From NCBI GenBank assembly GCA_965263035.1, contig OZ253580.1:480001-544000 (forward strand): a stretch of DNA of 64,000 nucleotides, given 5' to 3'. Below are positions 30,660 through 39,889 of the stretch, piece after piece (position 1 is the first letter of the stretch; each line of letters opens with the position of its first letter). This stretch comes from Acidobacteriota bacterium. GTDB lineage: Bacteria; Acidobacteriota; UBA6911; RPQK01; JAJDTT01. A model generated the notes under the pieces. It was not told where the DNA came from. It made no database searches and saw nothing but the letters and a program-made list of their open reading frames with translations. Made by a program: the position numbers and the translations under genes.

Positions 30660-31598
30660 ATGGAATACAGACGCCTTGGAAGAACCGATCTCCAGGTGAG
30701 CGCCATCGGATTTGGAGGCGCCACTTTCGGCCGCGAGATCGATCAGTCTACGGCCTGGATGCTGCTGGACCGGGCCTTGGAACGTGGGATCACCCTCATC
30801 GACACCGCCGAATCCTACAGCAAGCGGGAGTCGGAGCGGATGATCGGCGAGTGGCTCCGGGAGCGAGGCACGCGGCAGCAGATCGTCCTGGCCACCAAGT
30901 GCGGCTTCTCCGGACCGCTGGACGGGCCGAAGGTGACGCAGAAGATCGAGCAGAGCCTCCGAATGCTGCAGACCGACGTCATCGACCTGTTCCAGCTTCA
31001 TCACTGGCCCCTGGAGGGAGACCCGGTGGACGAGATCCTTGAGGCCTTTTCCCGAGCGGTGGAGCAGGGCAAGGTGCGGCACCTGGGACTGAGCAACTCG
31101 GCCGCCTGGCAGCTGTGCAAGGCGCTCTGGACTCAGGACATCAACGGCTGGGCTCGTTTCGACTCCATCCAACCCCAGTACAACCTTTCGGACCGGTCGC
31201 TGGAGGAGGAGATGGCGCCGCTCTGCAGGGACCAGGGCCTGGGCATCCTCTCCTACAGCCCCCTGGGCGGCGGTTTTCTGACCGGCAAATATTCGCCCCA
31301 GGGGCCGCTACCGCCGGGAACCCGTTTCGAGCTGGCCAACGACTGGATGCCCGGCTACTTTCATCGGCGCGGCTTTGCGCTGGTGGAGAGGCTGAAAGTG
31401 GTTTCCCGGGAAGTGGGGCGGTCCATGGTGGATCTGGCCCTGGCCTGGGCGCTGTTCCAACCTCAGATCACCTCGGTGCTGATCGGAGGCAGACGACCCG
31501 GCCATATCGACCAGGCCTTCGACAGCCTGGCCGCCGGCCTGAGCCCTGAACTGCGGGACCGGCTGGACCGAATCTCCGATCCCTCCACTTACGGTTGA
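30660..31598 (+). CDS. Aldo/keto reductase
   Basis: IDTAESYS, LATK, LQTDVIDLFQLH, LGLSN and YSPLGGG. Confidence 0.93.
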   Translation: MEYRRLGRTDLQVSAIGFGGATFGREIDQSTAWMLLDRALERGITLIDTAESYSKRESERMIGEWLRERGTRQQIVLATKCGFSGPLDGPKVTQKIEQSLRMLQTDVIDLFQLHHWPLEGDPVDEILEAFSRAVEQGKVRHLGLSNSAAWQLCKALWTQDINGWARFDSIQPQYNLSDRSLEEEMAPLCRDQGLGILSYSPLGGGFLTGKYSPQGPLPPGTRFELANDWMPGYFHRRGFALVERLKVVSREVGRSMVDLALAWALFQPQITSVLIGGRRPGHIDQAFDSLAAGLSPELRDRLDRISDPSTYG

Positions 31599-32695
31599 CC
31601 TCCCCGGACCAGGAGCGCTCCTCCGTCGTGCGTGTCGCCTTCTACTACCATCAGGACCGGCCCCTTCCTCCCGATCACGAAGGGAGCAACCCGTACGGGG
31701 CGCTGCTCACCGAGGCTCTGGAGCGCCAAGACGTTCGGGTGGAGTACTCCAGGGATTACAGTCCCGAATACCTGCGCCGGAACAGCGGCAGGATCCAGGT
31801 CCTTCATTTCCACTGGCCCCACCATGACTACTTCCACCCGGAACGCCACCTCATGGAGGAACGGATGCGGGGGATGGTGGCCTCATTGGAGCTGGCCCGC
31901 GAGCTGGGCTACAAGATCGTCTGGACCGCCCACAACATCTATCCCCACAACCGGCGTCACCGTTCCATCGACCACGAGTTCCGCCTCGAGATCTGCCGCC
32001 TGGCTGACGCCATCATTGCCCACTGTCCCGTCAACGCCCAAGGGTTGAAGGAACGCTTCGGACGCTCTCGGCGGGTCTTCATCATTCCCCACGGGCATTT
32101 CATCGACGTCTACCGGACCGACTTCTCGCGCCGCCGGGCACGGCGGGAGCTGGAGATCCCGCAAGACGTCTTCGCGTACGGGTTCATCGGCGGCATCCTG
32201 CCCTACAAGGGGATCGAGGAGCTGATTTGCGCGTTCGAGCGGCTCTCGACGCAGGATTCGTGGCTGCTCCTGGCCGGAGGCGGGCCCGGCGACTATCCGG
32301 AGCGGATCCGGCGCCGAATTGCCGGCCGGCCCCGAATCGTCTCCCGGATCGTCGATGGAGACATGCAGGCGACGAACCGGGACCTCCTCCTGTTCCTGGA
32401 AGCCGGCGACGTGGCCGTGCTCCCCTTCCGGGCCACCATGACCTCGGGAAGCGTCATCCTGGCCCTGTCCCGGGCCCGACCGGTGATCGTTCCGGCGCTG
32501 GGCTGCCTCCCGACCGTGGTTTCTCCTCACGCCGGGCTGCTCTACGATCCGGGACAGAAGGAATCCCTCCTGACTGCCATGGAGGAGATTCGAGGCTGGG
32601 GCCGACAGGCCGCCTCGGCAGCCGCTCTGGAAAGCGTCCGGCGCTTCGATTGGGACCGGATCGCGGAGCTGACCCTGGAGGCATATCGCGCATGA
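31595..32695 (+). CDS. GT4-family glycosyltransferase
   Basis: LHFHWP, WTAHNIYPH, IIPHGH, GGILPYKG and TSGSVILALS. Confidence 0.8.
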   Translation: MTSPDQERSSVVRVAFYYHQDRPLPPDHEGSNPYGALLTEALERQDVRVEYSRDYSPEYLRRNSGRIQVLHFHWPHHDYFHPERHLMEERMRGMVASLELARELGYKIVWTAHNIYPHNRRHRSIDHEFRLEICRLADAIIAHCPVNAQGLKERFGRSRRVFIIPHGHFIDVYRTDFSRRRARRELEIPQDVFAYGFIGGILPYKGIEELICAFERLSTQDSWLLLAGGGPGDYPERIRRRIAGRPRIVSRIVDGDMQATNRDLLLFLEAGDVAVLPFRATMTSGSVILALSRARPVIVPALGCLPTVVSPHAGLLYDPGQKESLLTAMEEIRGWGRQAASAAALESVRRFDWDRIAELTLEAYRA

Positions 32696-34728
32696 CCATA
32701 CTGACCCCCGAATGGAGCCGGAGCCTCCGGATTCGGGCGGCTCACCCCAATCTGGCCGCGGCCAGACAAGCCTTGGACCATCAACTGGACACCTACCGTG
32801 ACTCGCTCCCTCCGGTGCCGGACCAACAAGCGGGCTACTACCACGACTTCTTCTGCGCCCAACACGCCACCCAGCTCCGGTTCGACCATCGGAGCCCCCG
32901 GCATCACGTCTGCCCCGTGGACGGCGCCGTCTTCAGCGGCGAGCCCTACGACAGCGCCTGGCTCTGGTCGGTCAACGACATGCTCAGCGACGCGGCCCTC
33001 AAGTTCGCCTTTCGGTCGCACCTGGAAACGGGCACCAGGCGGGCTCGTGCCGACGCCGCCGAGGCGACCCGGATCCTGGAGACCTATGCCCGGCGGTATC
33101 GGAAACTGAAACCGGCGCCGACGGTCTACGAGGAGGAACCGGGAATCGCCACCTGGCAGAATCTGGACGAATCGGTCTGGATCACGCGGCTCTGCTGGGC
33201 GTATGCGCTGCTTTCGGAAACCCTGCCGGCCCCCCTTCGGGAAACCCTGGTCCGGCGGCTCTTCCGGCCGGCCGCCCGGCACATTCGGCGGGTCCGGTGC
33301 CGCGAGATCCACAATGTCAGCAATTGGAACAACGCCGCACTGGTGACGCTGGCTCGAGTCCTGGAGGACGACCAGCTCCTGGAGGAGGCTCTGGAGGGGG
33401 ATCTGGGGCTGGCGGCCCAGTTGGAGCGGGGAGTCACGAAGGAGGGACTCTGGTGGGAAGTATCCCTCAGCTACCACTACTACAGCTTGGACGCCATCGT
33501 CCGGACGCTGCGCATCCTCAAGGCCACCGGCAGGTCCTTCGACGACGGCGGCGTCCTGAGACGCATGTTCCTGGCCACAATTCTGGTCTCCCTTCCCGAT
33601 CTGAAGCTGCCTTCGGTCAACGACTGCTGGCACTTCATCGGTCTGGAAGAAAGAGTGGGCCATGGAATCCCCGACGCCGACGGCTTCTACGAAACTGCGT
33701 ACGCCTGGTTCCGGGACCCAGCCTTCGCCTGGATTCTCCAGCGCAACTACCGGTCCCGCCCCCGCGACTCCTTCGAAGCCCTGTTGGACGGGGCCCGGAC
33801 GATTCCCGACGGTGAACCGCAGGGCCGCGACAGCCGCCTGCTCCCGGATGCGGGGCTGGCCGTTCTTCGCGGGGGCGGGTCCCGGAAGCGTCAGAACTAC
33901 CTTCTCCTGAAGGCGGGCCCCCATGGAGGAGTCCACGGCCATTGGGACCAGCTGCGGATCCAGCTTGCCCGTGCCGGATCGTCACTCATTCCCGACCTGG
34001 GGACGCCCGGGTACGGCATCGATCTCAACCACACCTGGTACCAGCAGACAGCCAGCCATGCGACGGTTCTGGTGGACGGCGAGTCGCAGCCTCCGACCCA
34101 AGGCCGATTCGACCGGTTCGTCGACCAAGACGGTTTCACACGGGTCGATGCTTCCGCCTCCTGGGAGGTGGGCGCCTACGCCGGGGTCCGGATGCGCCGC
34201 ATCATCCTCTGGCGGGATACCCATTTCGTCGACCTCTTTGAGGTCCTCTGCCCTTCGGAACGGGAACTCTGCTGGGTGTGCCACGTTCAAGGCGAACGGG
34301 TCCACGGAGATTCAGGGCTGCAGGCCGCCGAACCGCTTTCCGGTAGCGGCGGGCTCGGCCACGTCCGGCTGGACGGAGAAACCATGGAGCCCCCGGATAC
34401 CCGATTGCGCTGGCGTCATCCCGACGGCCGGCTGGACTTGCACCTGGCCGGTCCCTTTGGACGCCTGCTGGTGGGCGATTCCCCCTCCAACCCCGCCAGC
34501 CAGCGGCTCTCCACCGTCATCCGGCACCGGTGGGCCGCTCGGACGGTCTTCGTCTCCGTCTTCTCCCTTGCCGGCAAGAGTCAGGAGCCGCCGGTCCGGC
34601 ACGTGAAGGGAAGCTGGCAAGAGGAGGATCCATGGCGCCTGGTCCTGGCGACTCCGGAAGGCCGGGAAGAATGGCTGGTGGGCTCCGAATTGGCCGAAAT
34701 CCAGCTCTTGAATCAAACCGATTCCTGA
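32692..34728 (+). CDS. Heparinase II/III-like or oligo-alginate lyase-type polysaccharide lyase
   Basis: HNVSNWNN, GLWWEVSLSYHYY, GPHGGVHGHWD and DLGTPGYG...SHATVLVDG; ATGA overlap with the GT4 gene. Confidence 0.85.
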   Translation: MTILTPEWSRSLRIRAAHPNLAAARQALDHQLDTYRDSLPPVPDQQAGYYHDFFCAQHATQLRFDHRSPRHHVCPVDGAVFSGEPYDSAWLWSVNDMLSDAALKFAFRSHLETGTRRARADAAEATRILETYARRYRKLKPAPTVYEEEPGIATWQNLDESVWITRLCWAYALLSETLPAPLRETLVRRLFRPAARHIRRVRCREIHNVSNWNNAALVTLARVLEDDQLLEEALEGDLGLAAQLERGVTKEGLWWEVSLSYHYYSLDAIVRTLRILKATGRSFDDGGVLRRMFLATILVSLPDLKLPSVNDCWHFIGLEERVGHGIPDADGFYETAYAWFRDPAFAWILQRNYRSRPRDSFEALLDGARTIPDGEPQGRDSRLLPDAGLAVLRGGGSRKRQNYLLLKAGPHGGVHGHWDQLRIQLARAGSSLIPDLGTPGYGIDLNHTWYQQTASHATVLVDGESQPPTQGRFDRFVDQDGFTRVDASASWEVGAYAGVRMRRIILWRDTHFVDLFEVLCPSERELCWVCHVQGERVHGDSGLQAAEPLSGSGGLGHVRLDGETMEPPDTRLRWRHPDGRLDLHLAGPFGRLLVGDSPSNPASQRLSTVIRHRWAARTVFVSVFSLAGKSQEPPVRHVKGSWQEEDPWRLVLATPEGREEWLVGSELAEIQLLNQTDS

Positions 34729-34786
34729 ATTGGAATTCGAGAACGGAAAAGAATCGCTATCGATCTATTTATATTTATCTTGTATA

Positions 34787-34874
34787 ATTATATTTTAATT
34801 TAATATACGTATTTAAATTAAAATATAATAACATTACGATATATTTATATACGATTATAAATATATCGTAATGT
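34787..34874. repeat. Two adjacent AT-rich long palindromes
   Basis: ATTATATTTTAATTTAA-N9-TTAAATTAAAATATAAT (34787-34829) and ACATTACGATATATTTATA-N6-TATAAATATATCGTAATGT (34831-34874). Confidence 0.9.
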
Positions 34875-34907
34875 AAATTGTGGCGCAGTCACTTTGGAGT
34901 ACGATCC

Positions 34908-35936
34908 ATGCAGCAAAAACCGCCGGTACAATGGGGCATCATCGGCGCCGGAGACATTTCCCACCGGGTGATGGCGCCGGCCATGCGCGCCACCCAATGC
35001 AGCGAGCTGGTGGCCGTGATGCGGACCACGCAGGCCGGCGCCGAGGAGTTCGCCCACGAGCATGGGGCCCGGCGAGCCTATGACGACGTGGAGGCGCTGG
35101 TCCGGGACCCGGAGGTGGAGGCCGTCTACGTCTCGACCCCCGTGGATCAGCACTGCCCCAACACCCTGGCGGCCGCCGCTCAGGGGAAACACGTGCTGTG
35201 CGAGAAACCCCTGGCCCTGAGCGTCGTCGAGGGAGAGGCCATGCGGCAGGCCTGCCGGGATGCCGGGATCACCTTCATGACCTGCTACTACCAGCGGTTC
35301 AGCGCCCGGCATCGCAAGATCAAGGAGCTCATCCAAGCCGGTGACATCGGCCGCGTCACCGCCGTCCGCTGGAACTTCTCCGGACGTTATCCCACCGGGC
35401 CGGGAATCTGGCAACACGATCCGGCCCGAGCCGGCGGCGGCCCTTTCACTGACCTGGGCACCCACGGCGTCGACCTCATGCGGTTCCTGGTGGGAGAGAT
35501 CATTGCCGTCACCGCCTTCGTGGACACTCTGGTGGAGAGCTATGCCGTCGAGGATACGGCCAGCGCCATCTTGAAGTTCGGCAACGGAGCCCAAGGGGTG
35601 GCCACGGCCCATTGGAGCACCGGGGATCCGGACGAACATCGGAACTCGTACGTCGAGGTGCTGGGCACCGACGGCGTGATCCTCTCCTCCCCGCTGCACG
35701 ACAAGTTCTCCAGGGGGCGGCTGGTGGTGGCCACCAAGGAGGGTGAAACTTCTTACGAATTCGACCAGAGCACCCATGCCCTGGTCCTGGAGGAGTTCGC
35801 TGCCGCACTCGCCGAGGGTAGAGAGCCTGCCATCACCATCGAAGACGGCATCCGCGCCCAGCAGATCGTAGAAGCCGTCTACGAATCGTCAAGGACGGGC
35901 CGCATGGTGCAGCTTCCCGCTCCGGAAAGGAAATGA
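34908..35936 (+). CDS. Gfo/Idh/MocA family oxidoreductase
   Basis: WGIIGAGDI, HVLCEKPLA and GGGPFTDLGTHGVD. Confidence 0.92.
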   Translation: MQQKPPVQWGIIGAGDISHRVMAPAMRATQCSELVAVMRTTQAGAEEFAHEHGARRAYDDVEALVRDPEVEAVYVSTPVDQHCPNTLAAAAQGKHVLCEKPLALSVVEGEAMRQACRDAGITFMTCYYQRFSARHRKIKELIQAGDIGRVTAVRWNFSGRYPTGPGIWQHDPARAGGGPFTDLGTHGVDLMRFLVGEIIAVTAFVDTLVESYAVEDTASAILKFGNGAQGVATAHWSTGDPDEHRNSYVEVLGTDGVILSSPLHDKFSRGRLVVATKEGETSYEFDQSTHALVLEEFAAALAEGREPAITIEDGIRAQQIVEAVYESSRTGRMVQLPAPERK

Positions 35937-36125
35937 GGAAAGAGGAAAGAGTGAAGAACGGCGCGTAGTTTACGCGTAGCGGCAACCTCAACCGAAAATG
36001 ATGTCGTCAGGAATACCGGAGCCAGATTGGTTCGAAGCCTTGTTTCTCCTATGAATCCGTCGGGGCCCAGCCGGTGAGGGAGCTATTCTCTTTTCTCTTT
36101 TCTCTTTCCTGGTTTTCCTTTCTCC
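35930..36125 (-). repeat. Dispersed ~190-bp intergenic element, copy A (inverted relative to 61388..61577)
   Basis: Reverse complement aligns with 61.4-61.6 kb (CACCGGC...TAGGAGAAACA...GGCTC.GG.AT...GACGA.ATCAT...GCGTA.ACTA...ACTCTTTCCTCT). Confidence 0.7.
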
Positions 36126-36205
36126 CGCGGTTGAATTAGCGGCCTCTTTGGGCCATTCTTGGGGACGGTCATTTCGTTTGCTCACAGTCCATTAGGAGGA
36201 ATCCC

Positions 36206-36868
36206 ATGTCCCTTACCGTCGGAGACACCGCACCTGATTTTTCGGCCGATACCAGCCAGGGGCCCATCAAATTCCATGAGTGGATCGGCGACGGCTGGGC
36301 CATTCTCTTTTCCCACCCCAAGGACTTCACTCCGGTCTGCACGACTGAACTCGGATACATGGCCAGCCTCAAGCCCGAGTTCGACAAGCGCAACTGCCAG
36401 ATCATCGGGTTGAGCGTGGATCCTGCCGACAGTCACCGGGCCTGGGCACAGGACATCCGGGACGCCACCGGCCATGCCCCCAACTACCCCATCATCGCCG
36501 ACACCGAGCTGGCCGTCGCCAAGCTCTTCGGCATGCTGGCGGCGAACGCCGGGAATACGTCCGAGGGCCGGACCCCCATGGACAACGCCACGGTCCGATC
36601 CGTGTTCGTCATCGGACCGGACAAGCTGATCAAGCTGACCCTCACCTACCCCATGAGCACGGGCCGCAACTTCGACGAGGTGTTGCGGGTGCTCGACTCG
36701 GTTCAGTTGACCGCCAAGCACAAGGTGGCCACTCCCGTGAATTGGAACGAGGGGGACAAGGTCATCATCTTGCCTGCGGTCTCGGACGCCGCCGCCCGGG
36801 AAAAGTACCCTCAGGGTTGGGATTCTCCCAAGCCCTACATCCGTTTCGTCGATCAGCCGGCAGATTAG
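36206..36868 (+). CDS. 1-Cys peroxiredoxin (Prx6)
   Basis: LFSHPKDFTPVCTTELG and YPMSTGRNFDE; AGGAGG RBS. Confidence 0.95.
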   Translation: MSLTVGDTAPDFSADTSQGPIKFHEWIGDGWAILFSHPKDFTPVCTTELGYMASLKPEFDKRNCQIIGLSVDPADSHRAWAQDIRDATGHAPNYPIIADTELAVAKLFGMLAANAGNTSEGRTPMDNATVRSVFVIGPDKLIKLTLTYPMSTGRNFDEVLRVLDSVQLTAKHKVATPVNWNEGDKVIILPAVSDAAAREKYPQGWDSPKPYIRFVDQPAD

Positions 36869-37090
36869 GGACGCTCACCCAGGTCAACGGCCGCCCCACA
36901 TCGTTCGCTTGACTCACCATCTCTTTCGACCGGAGCCGAGACGGCCGGAATTGACGAATCCGAGGTCATCGACCGACAAAGTCGAAGTACGGTTTCAACA
37001 ATATTTTTGTTATCTTGACGCTGGTTTAAGGATCCAGGCATTGAAATTTCGTTGCGCCGGCATAGTCGCGTACGATTCGAAAACACGCCC

Positions 37091-38608
37091 ATGGATGGAC
37101 CTGAGGGTATCTTAGAGGCGCCGCAACCCTCTCATCAGAGCGTCGAACGGTCGACTCGCGATGCACGCGGCGAGACACCGGACGGCCTCCGGATGTCCCC
37201 TGAAGCCATGCTCGATCTGGCCCGCCGGGCGGCGGAGCTCATCGTGGAGCGAATCGAGTCCCTCCCGGAAGAGGGTGCCTGGGAAGGGGAGTTCCGCCAG
37301 GAGTTGGTGGACCAGCTCCTGGAAGATCCCCCCGAGTCCGGCCTGCCTGCACTGCAGGTCATCGAACGGGCCGCCCGAGACATTCTGCCGGTGGCGGCGC
37401 GTATCGATCACCCTCGTTTCTTCGGGTTCATCCCGTCTTCGCCCACCTGGCCCGGCGTGGTGGCCGACTTCATGGCCGCCGGGTATCACGTCAACCAATG
37501 CACCTGGCTGACCTCGAGCGGTCCCAGCCAGCTTGAATTGGTGGTCCTCGAATGGTTCCGCCGTTGGGTCGGATATCCCGAGAGTGCGGGAGGGATCCTG
37601 ACCAGCGGTGGCTCCGCAGCCAGCCTGGACGCCTTCGTCGCGGCGCGAGAAGCCGCAGGCCACCCCGGCCGCGCCACGGTCTACATGGGCGACCAGAGTC
37701 ACAGCGCGCAGATCCGGGCGGCCAGGATCATCGGCATCCGGTCTGATTGCATCCGCAGGGTGGCGAGCGATGACCGCTTCCGACTGGACCTGGAGGCACT
37801 CCGGCGCGCCGTGGACGACGACCGCGCCGCCGGATTCAATCCCATCGCGGTGTGCGCCAACGCCGGGGCCGGCAGCACCGGGGCCATCGATCCGCTGGTC
37901 GCGATGGCGGACTACTGCGAAGCGGAAGGCCTCTGGCTCCACGTCGATGCGGCTTACGGCGGTTTCGCGGTGGTCACGGAAAAGGGCAGAGAGTTTTCTT
38001 GCGCGGAATGGAGCGGGCCGACTCCATCGGCCTGGACGCCCACAAATGGTTCTTCCAACCCTACGAGGCGGGCTGCCTCATGGTGAAGGATGCCACGACG
38101 CTCGACACAGCGTTCCGAATCCCCCACGACATGCTGCAGGACACGATCTGGGGGGGGGAGACATCCCAACTTTTCGGACCGCGGCCTGCAGTTGAGCCGG
38201 TCGGTCCGGGCCTTGAAGATCTGGATCTCGGTCCAGACCTTCGGCATGGACGCCTTTCGCCAGGCCGTCTCAAAGGGAATGGAGCTGGCCGCCCGGGCCG
38301 AGAAATACATCAAAGCGAGCCCGGTTCTGGAGGTCATGAACCCGGCGTCCCTGGGGATCGTTTGTTTCCGCGTCAACCCGGCGGACGCAAATCTGGACGC
38401 GGTATCGCTGCAAGAGATCAACCGCACGGTGCTGGTGCGCATTTTTTGGGAAGACCGGGCGTTCATATCGTCGACGCTTCTGCATGGGAAGTTTTCACTC
38501 CGGATGTGCATCATCAACCACACCACGACCTGGGACGATGTCCGGGAGACGCTGGAGGCCGCCGAACTATTTGGGTCGGAAGCGGTGTCCGCAAGGAAGG
38601 ATTCGTGA
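37091..38608 (+). pseudogene. Group II PLP-dependent (aromatic L-amino acid-type) decarboxylase with two frameshifts
   Basis: HPRFFGFIP, SGGSAAS and WLHVDAAYGG in frame A; DAHKWFFQPY in frame B; LSRSVRALKIW back in frame A. Shifts at the T4 run near 37994 and the G9 run near 38150. Confidence 0.85.
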
Positions 38609-38656
38609 GCGGGACCGGACGGACTCGGTGCCGGCGCCGGCGCCGGAGCCGCATTC

Positions 38657-39673
38657 CATGAGGGGTATGTCCTCTTTCACGGGTCTTGACCGGACCAGCA
38701 AGGTCACATTCAGATCGAGCGCCAGGACCGTAACGGATTCAAATTCGTGAAAGCCCTCATCGATGCGGCCACCTCGGGAAAAGGTTACGTCGAATACGAC
38801 TGGGATGATCCCTCGGTAGAAGGGGACGAGGACATTGGTTCCGCCAAGGTCGGCTACACCGAATCGTACACGTTTCCTGATGATTCCTCCGTCTTCGCGG
38901 GCCAGACCGTGGTCATCGGCTCCGGCTTCTACAAGGGAAGCCAGATGGCCTTGGACTTCGCCCACTTCGGCAACGGGGAATCCTTCAGCTCCGACGTGGT
39001 TTTGGTCAATCTGGCCGCCACGCCGATCCGGCCCCTCGTCTACTTCTATGACACGTCGGGTGAGCTCATCGACCCGGGATCGTTGGTGGACGTCATGGGG
39101 AATCTGTATACCACGGACTTCGGCGCTCTGACCCTCCTGTCCGAATTGCCGTCCCTGGGAGAGGTCACCATTTCGACGAACGGTATGGGAGACCTCATGA
39201 CCGGTTCGGTGAAAGTGGTGACCGAAGGTCTCGACAGTCCCATCGGAGGAGTCCTGCGCTTTGACTTTCCGGGCGTCGGCGTGGCCGACGTGGGAGCCAG
39301 CCAGGCGCTCCGCGACGCCATCATCCCCGTGCGCCGCCAAGCCGCTGGCATCAACACGGGAGCGGCACTGCGCAACCTGAGCGAGTCCGAGTTGATGTTG
39401 GCGTGCCGATTGATGATGGGTGGCGAGATGATCGAAATGAAGCCGGTCACTCTGCCGGCCAACGGTCAGGTGGCCATGCTCATCAGCGAGCTGTTCGAGC
39501 ACGACACGTCCGACTTCACCGGGTCGGTCCGTTGTACGGCGCCACCGGGAGAACAGGAGTTCACCGGCGTGGCCGTGGAGATGGACGACATGAACGGTAT
39601 CTTCACCACGCTGCCGATGGTGCCACTGGACGGAGACATGAGCGCGCACGAGGAGATGGCTTCGGAGGAATAA
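38657..39673 (+). pseudogene. 5'-truncated Cache + conserved C-terminal domain paralog
   Basis: HEGYVLFHGS*PDQQG...DRNGFKFVKALIDAA aligns with GNVIFHGSRPDLEG...DRNGFQFVSALIDAA of the next gene; in-frame TGA at 38687; no signal peptide. Confidence 0.75.
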
Positions 39674-39698
39674 ACGAAGGCAGAACTATCATTTGAGT

Positions 39699-39728
39699 CC
39701 GGGCAGGCCGTGGCTTCGGCCTGCCCGG
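39699..39728 (+). terminator. GC-rich hairpin, putative terminator
   Basis: CCGGGCAGGCCG-TGGCTT-CGGCCTGCCCGG just after the stop at 39673; weak U tail. Confidence 0.55.
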
Positions 39729-39889
39729 TTCTACCCGGAGTCAGAGGAATCGGCTCTCGACGCCATGCCGACGCCAGCCTGACCCACTGATTCGACGGAC
39801 GTCCGTGGCAGCTTTTACCACGGACTTTTTGTTGTTATAAAGGTCTTGTCAAGCCCATGGACCACACTATTCGAAACGGAGTGAACGAA

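Noticed and set aside
34845-34878. Chromosomal dif site
   Set aside because: Only a loose XerD-arm resemblance, with spacing that does not fit the 11-6-11 layout.
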